The notes beneath the pieces are model-generated. The model ran no database searches. It worked only from the letters and a program-made list of their open reading frames with translations, and was not told the origin of the DNA. A DNA stretch of 25,468 nucleotides, taken from NCBI GenBank assembly GCA_029856125.1, contig JAHQWJ010000106.1:1-25468 (forward strand), in the 5' to 3' direction. The translations under genes and the position numbers were made by a program. This DNA is from Promethearchaeia archaeon. GTDB taxonomy: Archaea; Asgardarchaeota; Lokiarchaeia; Sigyniarchaeales; SOKP01. This document shows positions 1 through 7,668 of the stretch, piece after piece; position 1 is the first letter of the stretch, and each line of letters begins with the position of its first letter.

Positions 1-2
1 TA

Positions 3-242
3 TACCAAATATTCACTAAGATTATGAATCTTTCAGATTCTCCATTGTCCCCACTAGAATTATCCACTGTCATATATGAAAGCGACAATAATTATATTAT
101 AGTAAAAGAAGTAAGTAATGGATCCGTATTGATGATTGTTACAAAAAATAAAAATTCTGAAACTTTTAAAACAGTGATTGACTCCTTGAATGGGGAAGAA
201 TACAAAAAATTGAAAGAATACCTTAATAAGAATGAGGTTTAA
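3..242 (+). CDS. 5'-truncated protein, C-terminal part resembles a roadblock/LC7 (or profilin-like) domain
   Basis: The frame is open from the window edge (YQIFTKI precedes the M at 24). The pattern helix, three short beta strands (TVIYES / YIIVKEV / VLMIVTK), C-terminal helix fits roadblock-type folds. Confidence 0.5.
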   Translation, partial: YQIFTKIMNLSDSPLSPLELSTVIYESDNNYIIVKEVSNGSVLMIVTKNKNSETFKTVIDSLNGEEYKKLKEYLNKNEV

Positions 243-1263
243 TTAATTCTAAATTAATTTTATTAGAAAATATTGTTCTATTAGAATGTTCTTCTATAAT
301 GGAAAATAAATAATTGGTTGTATTTTTAATTACAGGCGTTATAAACAATAATTCTTCTTCGGGAAGGCATTTTTCAACTTTTTCGTTCAAAACCTCTTTT
401 TCAAAAAATTCTTTAATGTAAGTAATTCGGATGATGAGATCGTTAAATTCCTTTTTAAGGTTATTCTTTACTAAAATTTCTATTTCTTGAAAATTGTTAA
501 TAATATTTATACTCGTTATTTTAAATTGTTCTTTAATTCCTAATTTTTGTTGAACAACTCTATCATAATCAAATAATCGAATTTTAGAAAACGATTCATT
601 TTGATTGTTTATGACAATGTGGTCAATGTCGATTCCTTTAAATGTTAAATAAGAAATTGCTTTTTGCAATTTGAAAGAGGTTGTATCAGTTTGTTTAATT
701 ACAGATGAAAAATATTCCTCACAAGTAAAGTTTATTATAGCTTTTATTTCTTCTTTTATTTGATCTCCTTTTTTTATCTTATTGATTAATTTCTGCGTTT
801 TAATAACTTCTAGTTTCGCAATTTCTGATTCGATTACGTGATAAAGCGTATTTTCAAATTTGGCGATTAATTTTTTCGATAATAAGTTTAATACTTCTCC
901 TCCAAAAACATCTAAATCTGTTGGCAACACAAGTATTAAAACAATTATTTCACCTAATTTTTGAAAAGACCCTGCTCTTCTTTTAACCCTCTTAGATTCA
1001 ATAATAAATTTCTTCGCAAAATACATTTGATTACAGTATTCTAAATCGATTCGGTTAATTGTAGTTTTATCTTTAAGTTCTAAAAACCAAATTGGATGGT
1101 ATCTTATAAGGCGCATTTTTCCCGAATCATCATCTAGCGCATTTTCTGGACAAATAAGAAGTGGTACATGGCCTATAGTCTCATCAAAATAAAACAAAAG
1201 AGTCTCACACAAGTCCCCAAATGGACACTCTGTATTGGCCTTATTTAAGAGATTATTTTTCAA
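223..1263 (-). CDS. Hypothetical protein with N-terminal longin/uDENN-like domain and C-terminal beta-sandwich-like region
   Basis: 346-aa ORF with TTG start. LLFYFDETIGHVPLLICP resembles the hydrophobic-FD-x3-G(P)-x5-P start of uDENN/longin domains, followed by YFAKKF..RRAG..IIVLILVL. The CDS is well supported; the fold call is pattern-based. Confidence 0.55.
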   Translation of the reverse strand: MKNNLLNKANTECPFGDLCETLLFYFDETIGHVPLLICPENALDDDSGKMRLIRYHPIWFLELKDKTTINRIDLEYCNQMYFAKKFIIESKRVKRRAGSFQKLGEIIVLILVLPTDLDVFGGEVLNLLSKKLIAKFENTLYHVIESEIAKLEVIKTQKLINKIKKGDQIKEEIKAIINFTCEEYFSSVIKQTDTTSFKLQKAISYLTFKGIDIDHIVINNQNESFSKIRLFDYDRVVQQKLGIKEQFKITSINIINNFQEIEILVKNNLKKEFNDLIIRITYIKEFFEKEVLNEKVEKCLPEEELLFITPVIKNTTNYLFSIIEEHSNRTIFSNKINLELIKPHSY

Positions 1264-1320
1264 TTCAAATCAATATTTCTTCATTAAATCAATTATGCTT
1301 AATTTCTATGATTTTTAATG

Positions 1321-2622
1321 TTAATGAGAAGCGCACGATATGCAAGGATCAAATGCTCTTATCATTATTTGAACTTTTTCTTTAACAGAATCAATATCTT
1401 CTTTTTCATATAGCTTTTTGGCATATTCAGTGATCATTTTGTTAAGAATAGGCAAATTTATTTCGGTTGCAATGAAAAGCTTCACTTGATCAACGATTTT
1501 AGCTTTATTTAAATGATAATGGTGCATTAATATGCCTCTTGGTGCTTCGATAACCCCTATTCCATTTGATTTTTTTATTGAGTTTAGTTGTTTAAGTTTT
1601 GTTTTACTTTTTAGTAAAGTAGTATCTAATATTTCAACACTTTTTTGAATTTCGTAATAAATTTCAATTAATTGTAAAAAGTTTAAAAATAATAAATTGC
1701 TTTTCCATTTTTTTCCAAAATTGCTTAAATATTCGGATATTTTATCTATCCCATAATTTTGAGCTAACTTATAGCGTGCTATTGGTCCTGTTAAAATTTT
1801 CTTTTTCGAATTTGACTTAAACACAATCCCATAAAGATTAGGGTCTTTATCAAAATATTTTGAATAATTTTTCACTTGAAAATCGTCGTAAGTTGTATCA
1901 TTTTGTTCAATTCTGAGGTCTCCTTCATACCTATCAAATCCCATATTATTCTTTAAGCCGAAATATATTGAATTAGAAAGATTAAATTCTGTAGGAGGAT
2001 CAAAAGCAGAAAATAGATCTATAAAATTTTCAATTATAGTTTCTATGTAATAAATTCCCTTTTTTAGATATTTCTCTATAGAAATTAAACTCTTTCCAGT
2101 CGGATTAAATATTAGTCCTCCAGGAATCGGAGTAATTGGATGTAGCGCCCTTCCTCCTATTAGCTTATTTATTTCTGAACCAATTTTTATTAAATTAAAA
2201 ACATTTGTCGTTAAATGAGGATTGTAATTAATTAAATTATAGGGATCTTTAATTAAAGGATTAATTTCAAATATTCTCAACAAATCTGGAAAGGACTGGA
2301 AAAAATAATGCATAATGTGCGATTTTATTAATTCTCCGGATAACAAAAGCCTTCTAAGCAAAATGGATTGTTGAGATGGTTCTATTCCGTATAAATTTTC
2401 TATTGCTTTGCAACTTGCAATTGTTTGAGATGCGTGGCATAGTCCACAAATTCTAGATACTATTTTTGGAATATCTAATAACTTTTTGCCTACTAAAATA
2501 TTTTCAAATCCTCTAAATACTGAAAAATTCAATTCAGTTTGATAAATTTCATCGTTTTTCAAATAAATGATTAAGTTTCCACATCCTTCAACCCTTGTGC
2601 ATGCTTCTACAACTTTATCCAT
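1321..2622 (-). CDS. mvhA: Group 3 (MvhA-like) [NiFe]-hydrogenase large subunit, atypical
   Basis: TRVEG, L1 RICGLC, EAPRG..HHY and L2 RAFDPCISCASH are present. The ATG at 2622 overlaps the upstream stop (TGATG) and follows a GGAGG RBS, so it is preferred to the TTG at 2625. Confidence 0.92.
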   Translation of the reverse strand: MDKVVEACTRVEGCGNLIIYLKNDEIYQTELNFSVFRGFENILVGKKLLDIPKIVSRICGLCHASQTIASCKAIENLYGIEPSQQSILLRRLLLSGELIKSHIMHYFFQSFPDLLRIFEINPLIKDPYNLINYNPHLTTNVFNLIKIGSEINKLIGGRALHPITPIPGGLIFNPTGKSLISIEKYLKKGIYYIETIIENFIDLFSAFDPPTEFNLSNSIYFGLKNNMGFDRYEGDLRIEQNDTTYDDFQVKNYSKYFDKDPNLYGIVFKSNSKKKILTGPIARYKLAQNYGIDKISEYLSNFGKKWKSNLLFLNFLQLIEIYYEIQKSVEILDTTLLKSKTKLKQLNSIKKSNGIGVIEAPRGILMHHYHLNKAKIVDQVKLFIATEINLPILNKMITEYAKKLYEKEDIDSVKEKVQIMIRAFDPCISCASH

Positions 2623-3386
2623 CAATCTTTCCCTCCTGCAAATAATTTTGAGAACCTATAATATATCCCTCTATAGTTTCTTAAATTTTTAGAAAGGTTA
2701 AAAAGGCTTAAGAAATTGATTAGATTCGATGTAAACCCCTTTGAGACCGGCCCTAAACATCCTTCACAGGGTAATCCTTGATGTATACAGAGATGATCGC
2801 AGCCGTCTCGAGTAATGGGCCCTAAACATAAAATCCCATTGTTCAAAAAACACGATACATTTTCTCCAGGAAACCGAATTTCATCGTTTCTTGGAACAAT
2901 CTTATCTATTGTTAATGGTAAATCTAATTTTGCGAGGTTGTTTAAAGGGCAAGTTGAACACATATTTTTTAAGCTTAGCTTGATTTCCTTGTTCTCTACT
3001 AACCTCAATAAACAATTTCCTAGAAGTATGGACGGAGGAGGACATCCTGGTATAATCCCATCAACGTCTACAAACTTTGAAATAGGATGCGAATCTTTAT
3101 TATTTGAGAGACTAAGAATCCCCCCAAATGCTGAGCATGTACCTAATGCATATAATTTTTTTGCATTTTTTCGTATTTCTTGAAGATATTCGATTTGATT
3201 TTTTTCGGATACGCAACCCTCTACTAGCGCTATATCGCATTCTTTGATTTCTATATTGTCAGATATAAATGGAAAATATTCGATTTTCGTTCTCTCAAGA
3301 AATTGTGGAAATACATCTAACGACATTAATGCCGATATACATCCAGTACAAGACGTTAAAGAGGTAATTAAAAATTTAAGCTTCAC
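2622..3386 (-). CDS. mvhG: Group 3 [NiFe]-hydrogenase small subunit (MvhG-like)
   Basis: SCTGC, VEGCV, GTCSAFGG, PGCPP, CSTCP and CFL..GILCLGPITRDGC...C....LPCEGCLGP motifs. GTG start preceded by AGGAGGAG; overlaps the upstream gene by 11 nt. Confidence 0.92.
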   Translation of the reverse strand: MKLKFLITSLTSCTGCISALMSLDVFPQFLERTKIEYFPFISDNIEIKECDIALVEGCVSEKNQIEYLQEIRKNAKKLYALGTCSAFGGILSLSNNKDSHPISKFVDVDGIIPGCPPPSILLGNCLLRLVENKEIKLSLKNMCSTCPLNNLAKLDLPLTIDKIVPRNDEIRFPGENVSCFLNNGILCLGPITRDGCDHLCIHQGLPCEGCLGPVSKGFTSNLINFLSLFNLSKNLRNYRGIYYRFSKLFAGGKD

Positions 3387-5922
3387 TTTTAATCTCCTCC
3401 TTTAATAAATTATAGAATTTATTAGAGATTTCAGCAAATTTCTGTCCTTCTACTCCATTTAAACCCATCACTATTATCCGTCTGCTTAACTTTGGCCCTA
3501 TAATCTTTTTTAAAAGCCCAACTCTTTTTTTTAATTTTTCAATCCCATCAATATATCTACAAGAATCCTTGCTACAGCCAATAATCATAACTCCATCAAA
3601 CCCCATTTCAAAAGATTTAACAATGAATTCAGTATCAATACGTCCAGTACAAGGAACAGATATTATAAAAACATTAGGTTGATATAACAATTTTTTTAAT
3701 CCTGCATTGTCAGCAGCAGCGTAACCGCACGATTGGCAACAAAAAGCGATGATTTTTGGTTTTTTATTGAATTTTGAGAAAATTTCGATCGTTTTTAAAA
3801 TCTTTTCTGACGTATTTATATTCATTTCGATGGCATTAGTAGGACAAACACTAGCACACATACCACAAGCTTTACATTTAAACTTATCAACAGTAATTTT
3901 TTCGGAGATTATGCTTATTGCATTGTAAGGACAAGAATTAACGCAGAGGTAACACAATCCACATTTGTCTTCATTAATCTCTATTCCAGTATATTCTGTT
4001 ATTAAATAATCATTTGAAAGAAGTGATATTACTTTCAAAGCTATGTTATTGGTGGTTGCAATAGTTGAGTGATAATTTAATGGCCCAAATATTGTTCCAA
4101 CACCATAAATACCAGAGGCTAAAGTTTCTTCACTCATAAAACCATAATCATTTAAAGTGAAGTCCATAATCTTTCTTAAAGATTTCAGATCCTTATTTGG
4201 AATTAATTTAATATTTAAAACAATCAAATCACTCTGAAACTCAATAGAATCAGCATTTATGTAATTAATATTCTCTCTTGTCTCGATTAATACTTTATTA
4301 GCGTAAAGAAATCTAGGGTGAGTAGATTTTAGTATTATCTTGTCTTTTTCTTTCAGTTTACCTAAATCGTAAAAAACATTAACTTCACAATTAGGGTTCT
4401 TTACTTTAATAACATCTATATACTTTAGGGTCAAAATATCTGAATATTCACATAGATAGTTTGAAGATCCTACTTCTTGAATAATTGATAATGTTTTCAC
4501 TGGTTTCCCATCAGACAATCTTACGATCTTTCCATCAGTTAAGCCATCTGAACATAAAATTCGTTCAAACTCTGCCGACGTTATAATATTATTCCGTGGA
4601 TCATAATTATATTCTTTTAAATTTGAATAAAGATCTGAACCGATAGCTATAACTTTTGCGCCTACTTTAATTCTTAATTCTTTGGGTTTTTCTATTAAAT
4701 TTATTGCATTATTTGCACAAGCACGTTCACACACTCCACATTCAAGACAATTTCTAATATCTTCATCTTCAATTAATGGTACATAAGGATAACAGTAGTG
4801 AAAAGGAAAGTAAATTATTTTTCTGTTTGTTAATCCAAATTCATACATATTAACTTTTTCTCGAGCACACACATCAATGCATTGCTTACAACCTGTACAT
4901 TTAGTCTCATCAATATAGCGAGGTTTTTTAATTAAACCTATAGTAAAATTGCCAACTTCTCCAGAGACACTTATTATTTCCGTGTTTGTCAAGATCTCGA
5001 TTTTTTTTTCTTTCACAATTTCCCCAATTAATTCAGAGATGAAACAAGCAGAGCAATCTCCCATATTAGAAACTTTTTGCCATCTTGCTACTTTTCCGCC
5101 TAAAGTAGGAGATTTTTCAATCAAATAACACTTGATACCTGCCCTTGATAAGTTTAACGCTATGTTCATACCCGCAATCCCACCTCCAACAATAGCGCAA
5201 CTTTTTTCAACTTCAACTCTTTTTATTTTAATTGGTTTTTGAAGACTTACTCTACTAACTGAGGCTTCTATAAGTAATTGCGCTTTTTTCAGCGTTAAAA
5301 GACTATCAACATGCTTTTTACTTGAATAATGTACCCAACAACATTGTTCTCTTATATTTGCAATCTCAATATTTGCATGATCAATTATATCTTGAAAAAG
5401 ACGTTCAAATATATGTTGATGTGTTTTAGGAGAACAAGCAGCGATAACAATTTTATTTACGAAGTTATCAGTAATCCAATTATTAATTTTATCTTGGTTT
5501 TTTTCTTGACATAAATTATCAAGAATTTTTACTGAAACAACATTATTTATTTTACTTGTATAGTTTTCTAAGGATTTAATGTTAAGTACATTTGAGATTT
5601 CTGTATTACAATTACAGATGATAACACCTATTCTGTTTATTTCGCTCCCTTTTGATTTTAAATATTCTATTTCCTCTCCAGATAAAATTCTTTTGCTTAA
5701 TCCTAATATCCTTAAAACTCTTTTACCGTCATCATTTAAATAATACGATTTTTTGTCTTTACTTACTAAATTATTAAGCTTTTTCAAATGAAAATTTAAT
5801 TGTCCTGTTTGTTCTATACCTAACTTCACCATTAAATCGGTATAGGGGATAAAACCCTCTTCTTCGAGAAGGTATAAGAGTTTTCTTCTTATCGGATGTG
5901 CTAAAATTGAATAAATATTCAT
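3376..5922 (-). CDS. hdrA: Fusion protein: ArsR-like winged HTH + HdrA-like flavoprotein + 2[4Fe-4S] ferredoxin + MvhD
   Basis: N-terminus LAHPIRRKLLYLL...GQLNFHLKKL..LV...YYL (ArsR/wHTH). HdrA motifs RIGVIICNC, AACSPKTH, NIREQCCWVH, VGGGIAG, DCSAC, EFER. Four CxxCxxCxxxC motifs. MvhD motifs AFCCQSCGYAAAD, VPCTGRID, GCSKDSCRY. Confidence 0.9.
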   Translation of the reverse strand: MNIYSILAHPIRRKLLYLLEEEGFIPYTDLMVKLGIEQTGQLNFHLKKLNNLVSKDKKSYYLNDDGKRVLRILGLSKRILSGEEIEYLKSKGSEINRIGVIICNCNTEISNVLNIKSLENYTSKINNVVSVKILDNLCQEKNQDKINNWITDNFVNKIVIAACSPKTHQHIFERLFQDIIDHANIEIANIREQCCWVHYSSKKHVDSLLTLKKAQLLIEASVSRVSLQKPIKIKRVEVEKSCAIVGGGIAGMNIALNLSRAGIKCYLIEKSPTLGGKVARWQKVSNMGDCSACFISELIGEIVKEKKIEILTNTEIISVSGEVGNFTIGLIKKPRYIDETKCTGCKQCIDVCAREKVNMYEFGLTNRKIIYFPFHYCYPYVPLIEDEDIRNCLECGVCERACANNAINLIEKPKELRIKVGAKVIAIGSDLYSNLKEYNYDPRNNIITSAEFERILCSDGLTDGKIVRLSDGKPVKTLSIIQEVGSSNYLCEYSDILTLKYIDVIKVKNPNCEVNVFYDLGKLKEKDKIILKSTHPRFLYANKVLIETRENINYINADSIEFQSDLIVLNIKLIPNKDLKSLRKIMDFTLNDYGFMSEETLASGIYGVGTIFGPLNYHSTIATTNNIALKVISLLSNDYLITEYTGIEINEDKCGLCYLCVNSCPYNAISIISEKITVDKFKCKACGMCASVCPTNAIEMNINTSEKILKTIEIFSKFNKKPKIIAFCCQSCGYAAADNAGLKKLLYQPNVFIISVPCTGRIDTEFIVKSFEMGFDGVMIIGCSKDSCRYIDGIEKLKKRVGLLKKIIGPKLSRRIIVMGLNGVEGQKFAEISNKFYNLLKEEIKSEA

Positions 5923-6244
5923 TTTTGAGCTTTCCCTTTAAATTTTTAGTCGAAATTTATTTTGTTAAAACCTTTTTTTTGACAAATTATTTTTTCTTCA
6001 TGACAATATATGTTGCAAAACTATATATGTGTGATCAAAAGTGATCATATAATCAACGAATTCCATCAATAAAAATGACGATTTCCAATTAACTAAAAAA
6101 ATTGTTTTAAAAACAATTTTGACAATATTCCTTATCAAGAAGCTAAAAAATTTTCTTGTCAAATTCTTTATATTTTAAGCTTATGACAATTCAATTAGGT
6201 AAACAACTTTTTAATAAGTTGAAATAAAAGAGGTGTATTATTAA
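5923..6244. promoter_or_regulatory. Divergent promoter region with repeated TGACAA boxes, palindromes, TATA-like elements and an RBS
   Basis: TGACAA at 5980, 6001, 6120 and 6184, and reversed (TTGTCA) at 6156. GTGATCA at 6031 and 6041. Inverted repeat at 6098-6120. TATA-like at 6022-6027 and 6167-6172. GAGGTG RBS at 6230-6235. Confidence 0.6.
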
Positions 6245-6862
6245 ATGGATGTTTTGGATTTGAAGCCAGTAAAAAATAAAAAAATAATAGCGTATATGTC
6301 CTCAAAAGAAAATGGCAGGTATTTTCAAAATAATAACACATCAAGATTAACCGAATTTCTTAAAAAGAAAGATGTTAATTTTGTTACCGTAGATTTTCAA
6401 GTAGTTATGAAGGAGTTTAAGAAAACACCTTTTGCACAAACATTAGATAAACTTGGAATACCATATATTCAAGTAGATATTCCAGATTATGCAATGGGTT
6501 ATCTTTACGAAGAGATTGTTGAAAAACAAGAACTTCTAAATGAATTATTTGAAGAATACGACAATATGAGTGATAAAGAATCTTTCAAAGGACAAAGTCT
6601 AAAAAACTGGATCGACATGTTAAGTGGAGAAATTCAAGAAAAAGAGATCTTTTTAAGCTTAAAGCTAAGACCACAGTGGATCGTAAAAAAAATGTTAGAT
6701 TTTGCAAATCATTTTGAAAATGAAGTTGTTTCTTTTGTACATTTTGTTCAAGAGGATATTTGCGAGGATATTTGCCCTCAAGTCGTTGCAAATTTAAGAG
6801 AATTGGGAGTAAAAGTAATTTCTTATACCAAAAAACATACAATTCAAAATATTATATTTTAA
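6245..6862 (+). CDS. Hypothetical protein, paralogue of the next gene
   Basis: 205-aa ORF with a GAGGTG RBS; aligns by eye with 6886..7617. Confidence 0.8.
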   Translation: MDVLDLKPVKNKKIIAYMSSKENGRYFQNNNTSRLTEFLKKKDVNFVTVDFQVVMKEFKKTPFAQTLDKLGIPYIQVDIPDYAMGYLYEEIVEKQELLNELFEEYDNMSDKESFKGQSLKNWIDMLSGEIQEKEIFLSLKLRPQWIVKKMLDFANHFENEVVSFVHFVQEDICEDICPQVVANLRELGVKVISYTKKHTIQNIIF

Positions 6863-6885
6863 TTACAAAAAAGGAGTGAGAAAAT

Positions 6886-7617
6886 ATGCCAGAAGTATTA
6901 GAATTAAAGCCATTAAAAGATAAGCATCTAAAGCTTATCATGATAGAAAGCGAGTTTCCAATAGATTGGTGGTTTGAAGTTCCTAAAGAAGAAAAGGATG
7001 ATTTGCTATGGTCTTTACATCTTATTAGCAAAGAATATCTTCAACTTATCGATAATTTAATAGACAAATATTCACCTGATTTTGCTTTGGAAGAAAAACC
7101 AAATTTTTGGAATGACCCGCTAAACCCTAACGATCCTCTAAAAACCTTATTCAAAAAGAAAGGAATTCGATTTAAACATGCTGATATCTCTGAAAATGCG
7201 GAATTTTATCTTTCTGCCGCATTGGATGAACACAGAGATATGCTACAAACACTTGAAGAGCGAATCGAAGAGATAATTAGAGAAAGAGGTGTTGTTCCTT
7301 CCGAGGATGAACTTTTCCAACAATTAATTTTATGGAAGGAATATCTCAAACAAGATTATAATTCACAAGAAGATGAAATTAGATATAAAGTTAGAGAGGC
7401 TTGGATGATGATGAATATTTTAAACCTTGCTAAGGAAATTGAGGGGAAAAAATTAAAAGGGTTATTTATTTGCGATTTAAGGCACTTTGAAGGTCTTGAT
7501 AAGTTAGCAAACGATTTAGGCATCGATACAGAACAGATTAAAATCAAAAGAACTTTTAAAACCGCAGAAATCGAAAAAGAGTATGAAGAAGAGGTAGAAG
7601 TTGAGATATCTAAATAA
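6886..7617 (+). CDS. Hypothetical protein, possibly TraB/EreA/ChaN-like alpha/beta fold with helical insertion
   Basis: 243-aa ORF with an AGGAGTGA RBS. PDFALEE, REAWMMMNI and LFICDLRHFEGL echo the 'PD.v.vE / R...M...I / vvG..H..Gl' motifs of that superfamily. Confidence 0.7.
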   Translation: MPEVLELKPLKDKHLKLIMIESEFPIDWWFEVPKEEKDDLLWSLHLISKEYLQLIDNLIDKYSPDFALEEKPNFWNDPLNPNDPLKTLFKKKGIRFKHADISENAEFYLSAALDEHRDMLQTLEERIEEIIRERGVVPSEDELFQQLILWKEYLKQDYNSQEDEIRYKVREAWMMMNILNLAKEIEGKKLKGLFICDLRHFEGLDKLANDLGIDTEQIKIKRTFKTAEIEKEYEEEVEVEISK

Positions 7618-7625
7618 TTTTTTTT
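7618..7625 (+). terminator. Possible archaeal oligo-T terminator
   Basis: T8 run immediately after the stop codon; weak evidence in AT-rich DNA. Confidence 0.3.
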
Positions 7626-7668
7626 GTTATAATTTCTTTAAATTTTATGATTTAATTAATGATGTGAG

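Noticed and set aside
2815-3183. 122-aa plus-strand ORF
   Set aside because: Antisense shadow of mvhG with no recognisable motifs.
5329-5514. 61-aa plus-strand ORF
   Set aside because: Antisense to the hdrA fusion; no support.
1321-5922. Selenocysteine recoding (HdrA, MvhD/VhuD and VhuU are selenoproteins in some archaea, including Lokiarchaeia)
   Set aside because: All relevant positions are Cys codons in uninterrupted ORFs. The large subunit contains its own L2 motif and ends in TAA. The mvhG TGA is a normal stop overlapping the next ATG.
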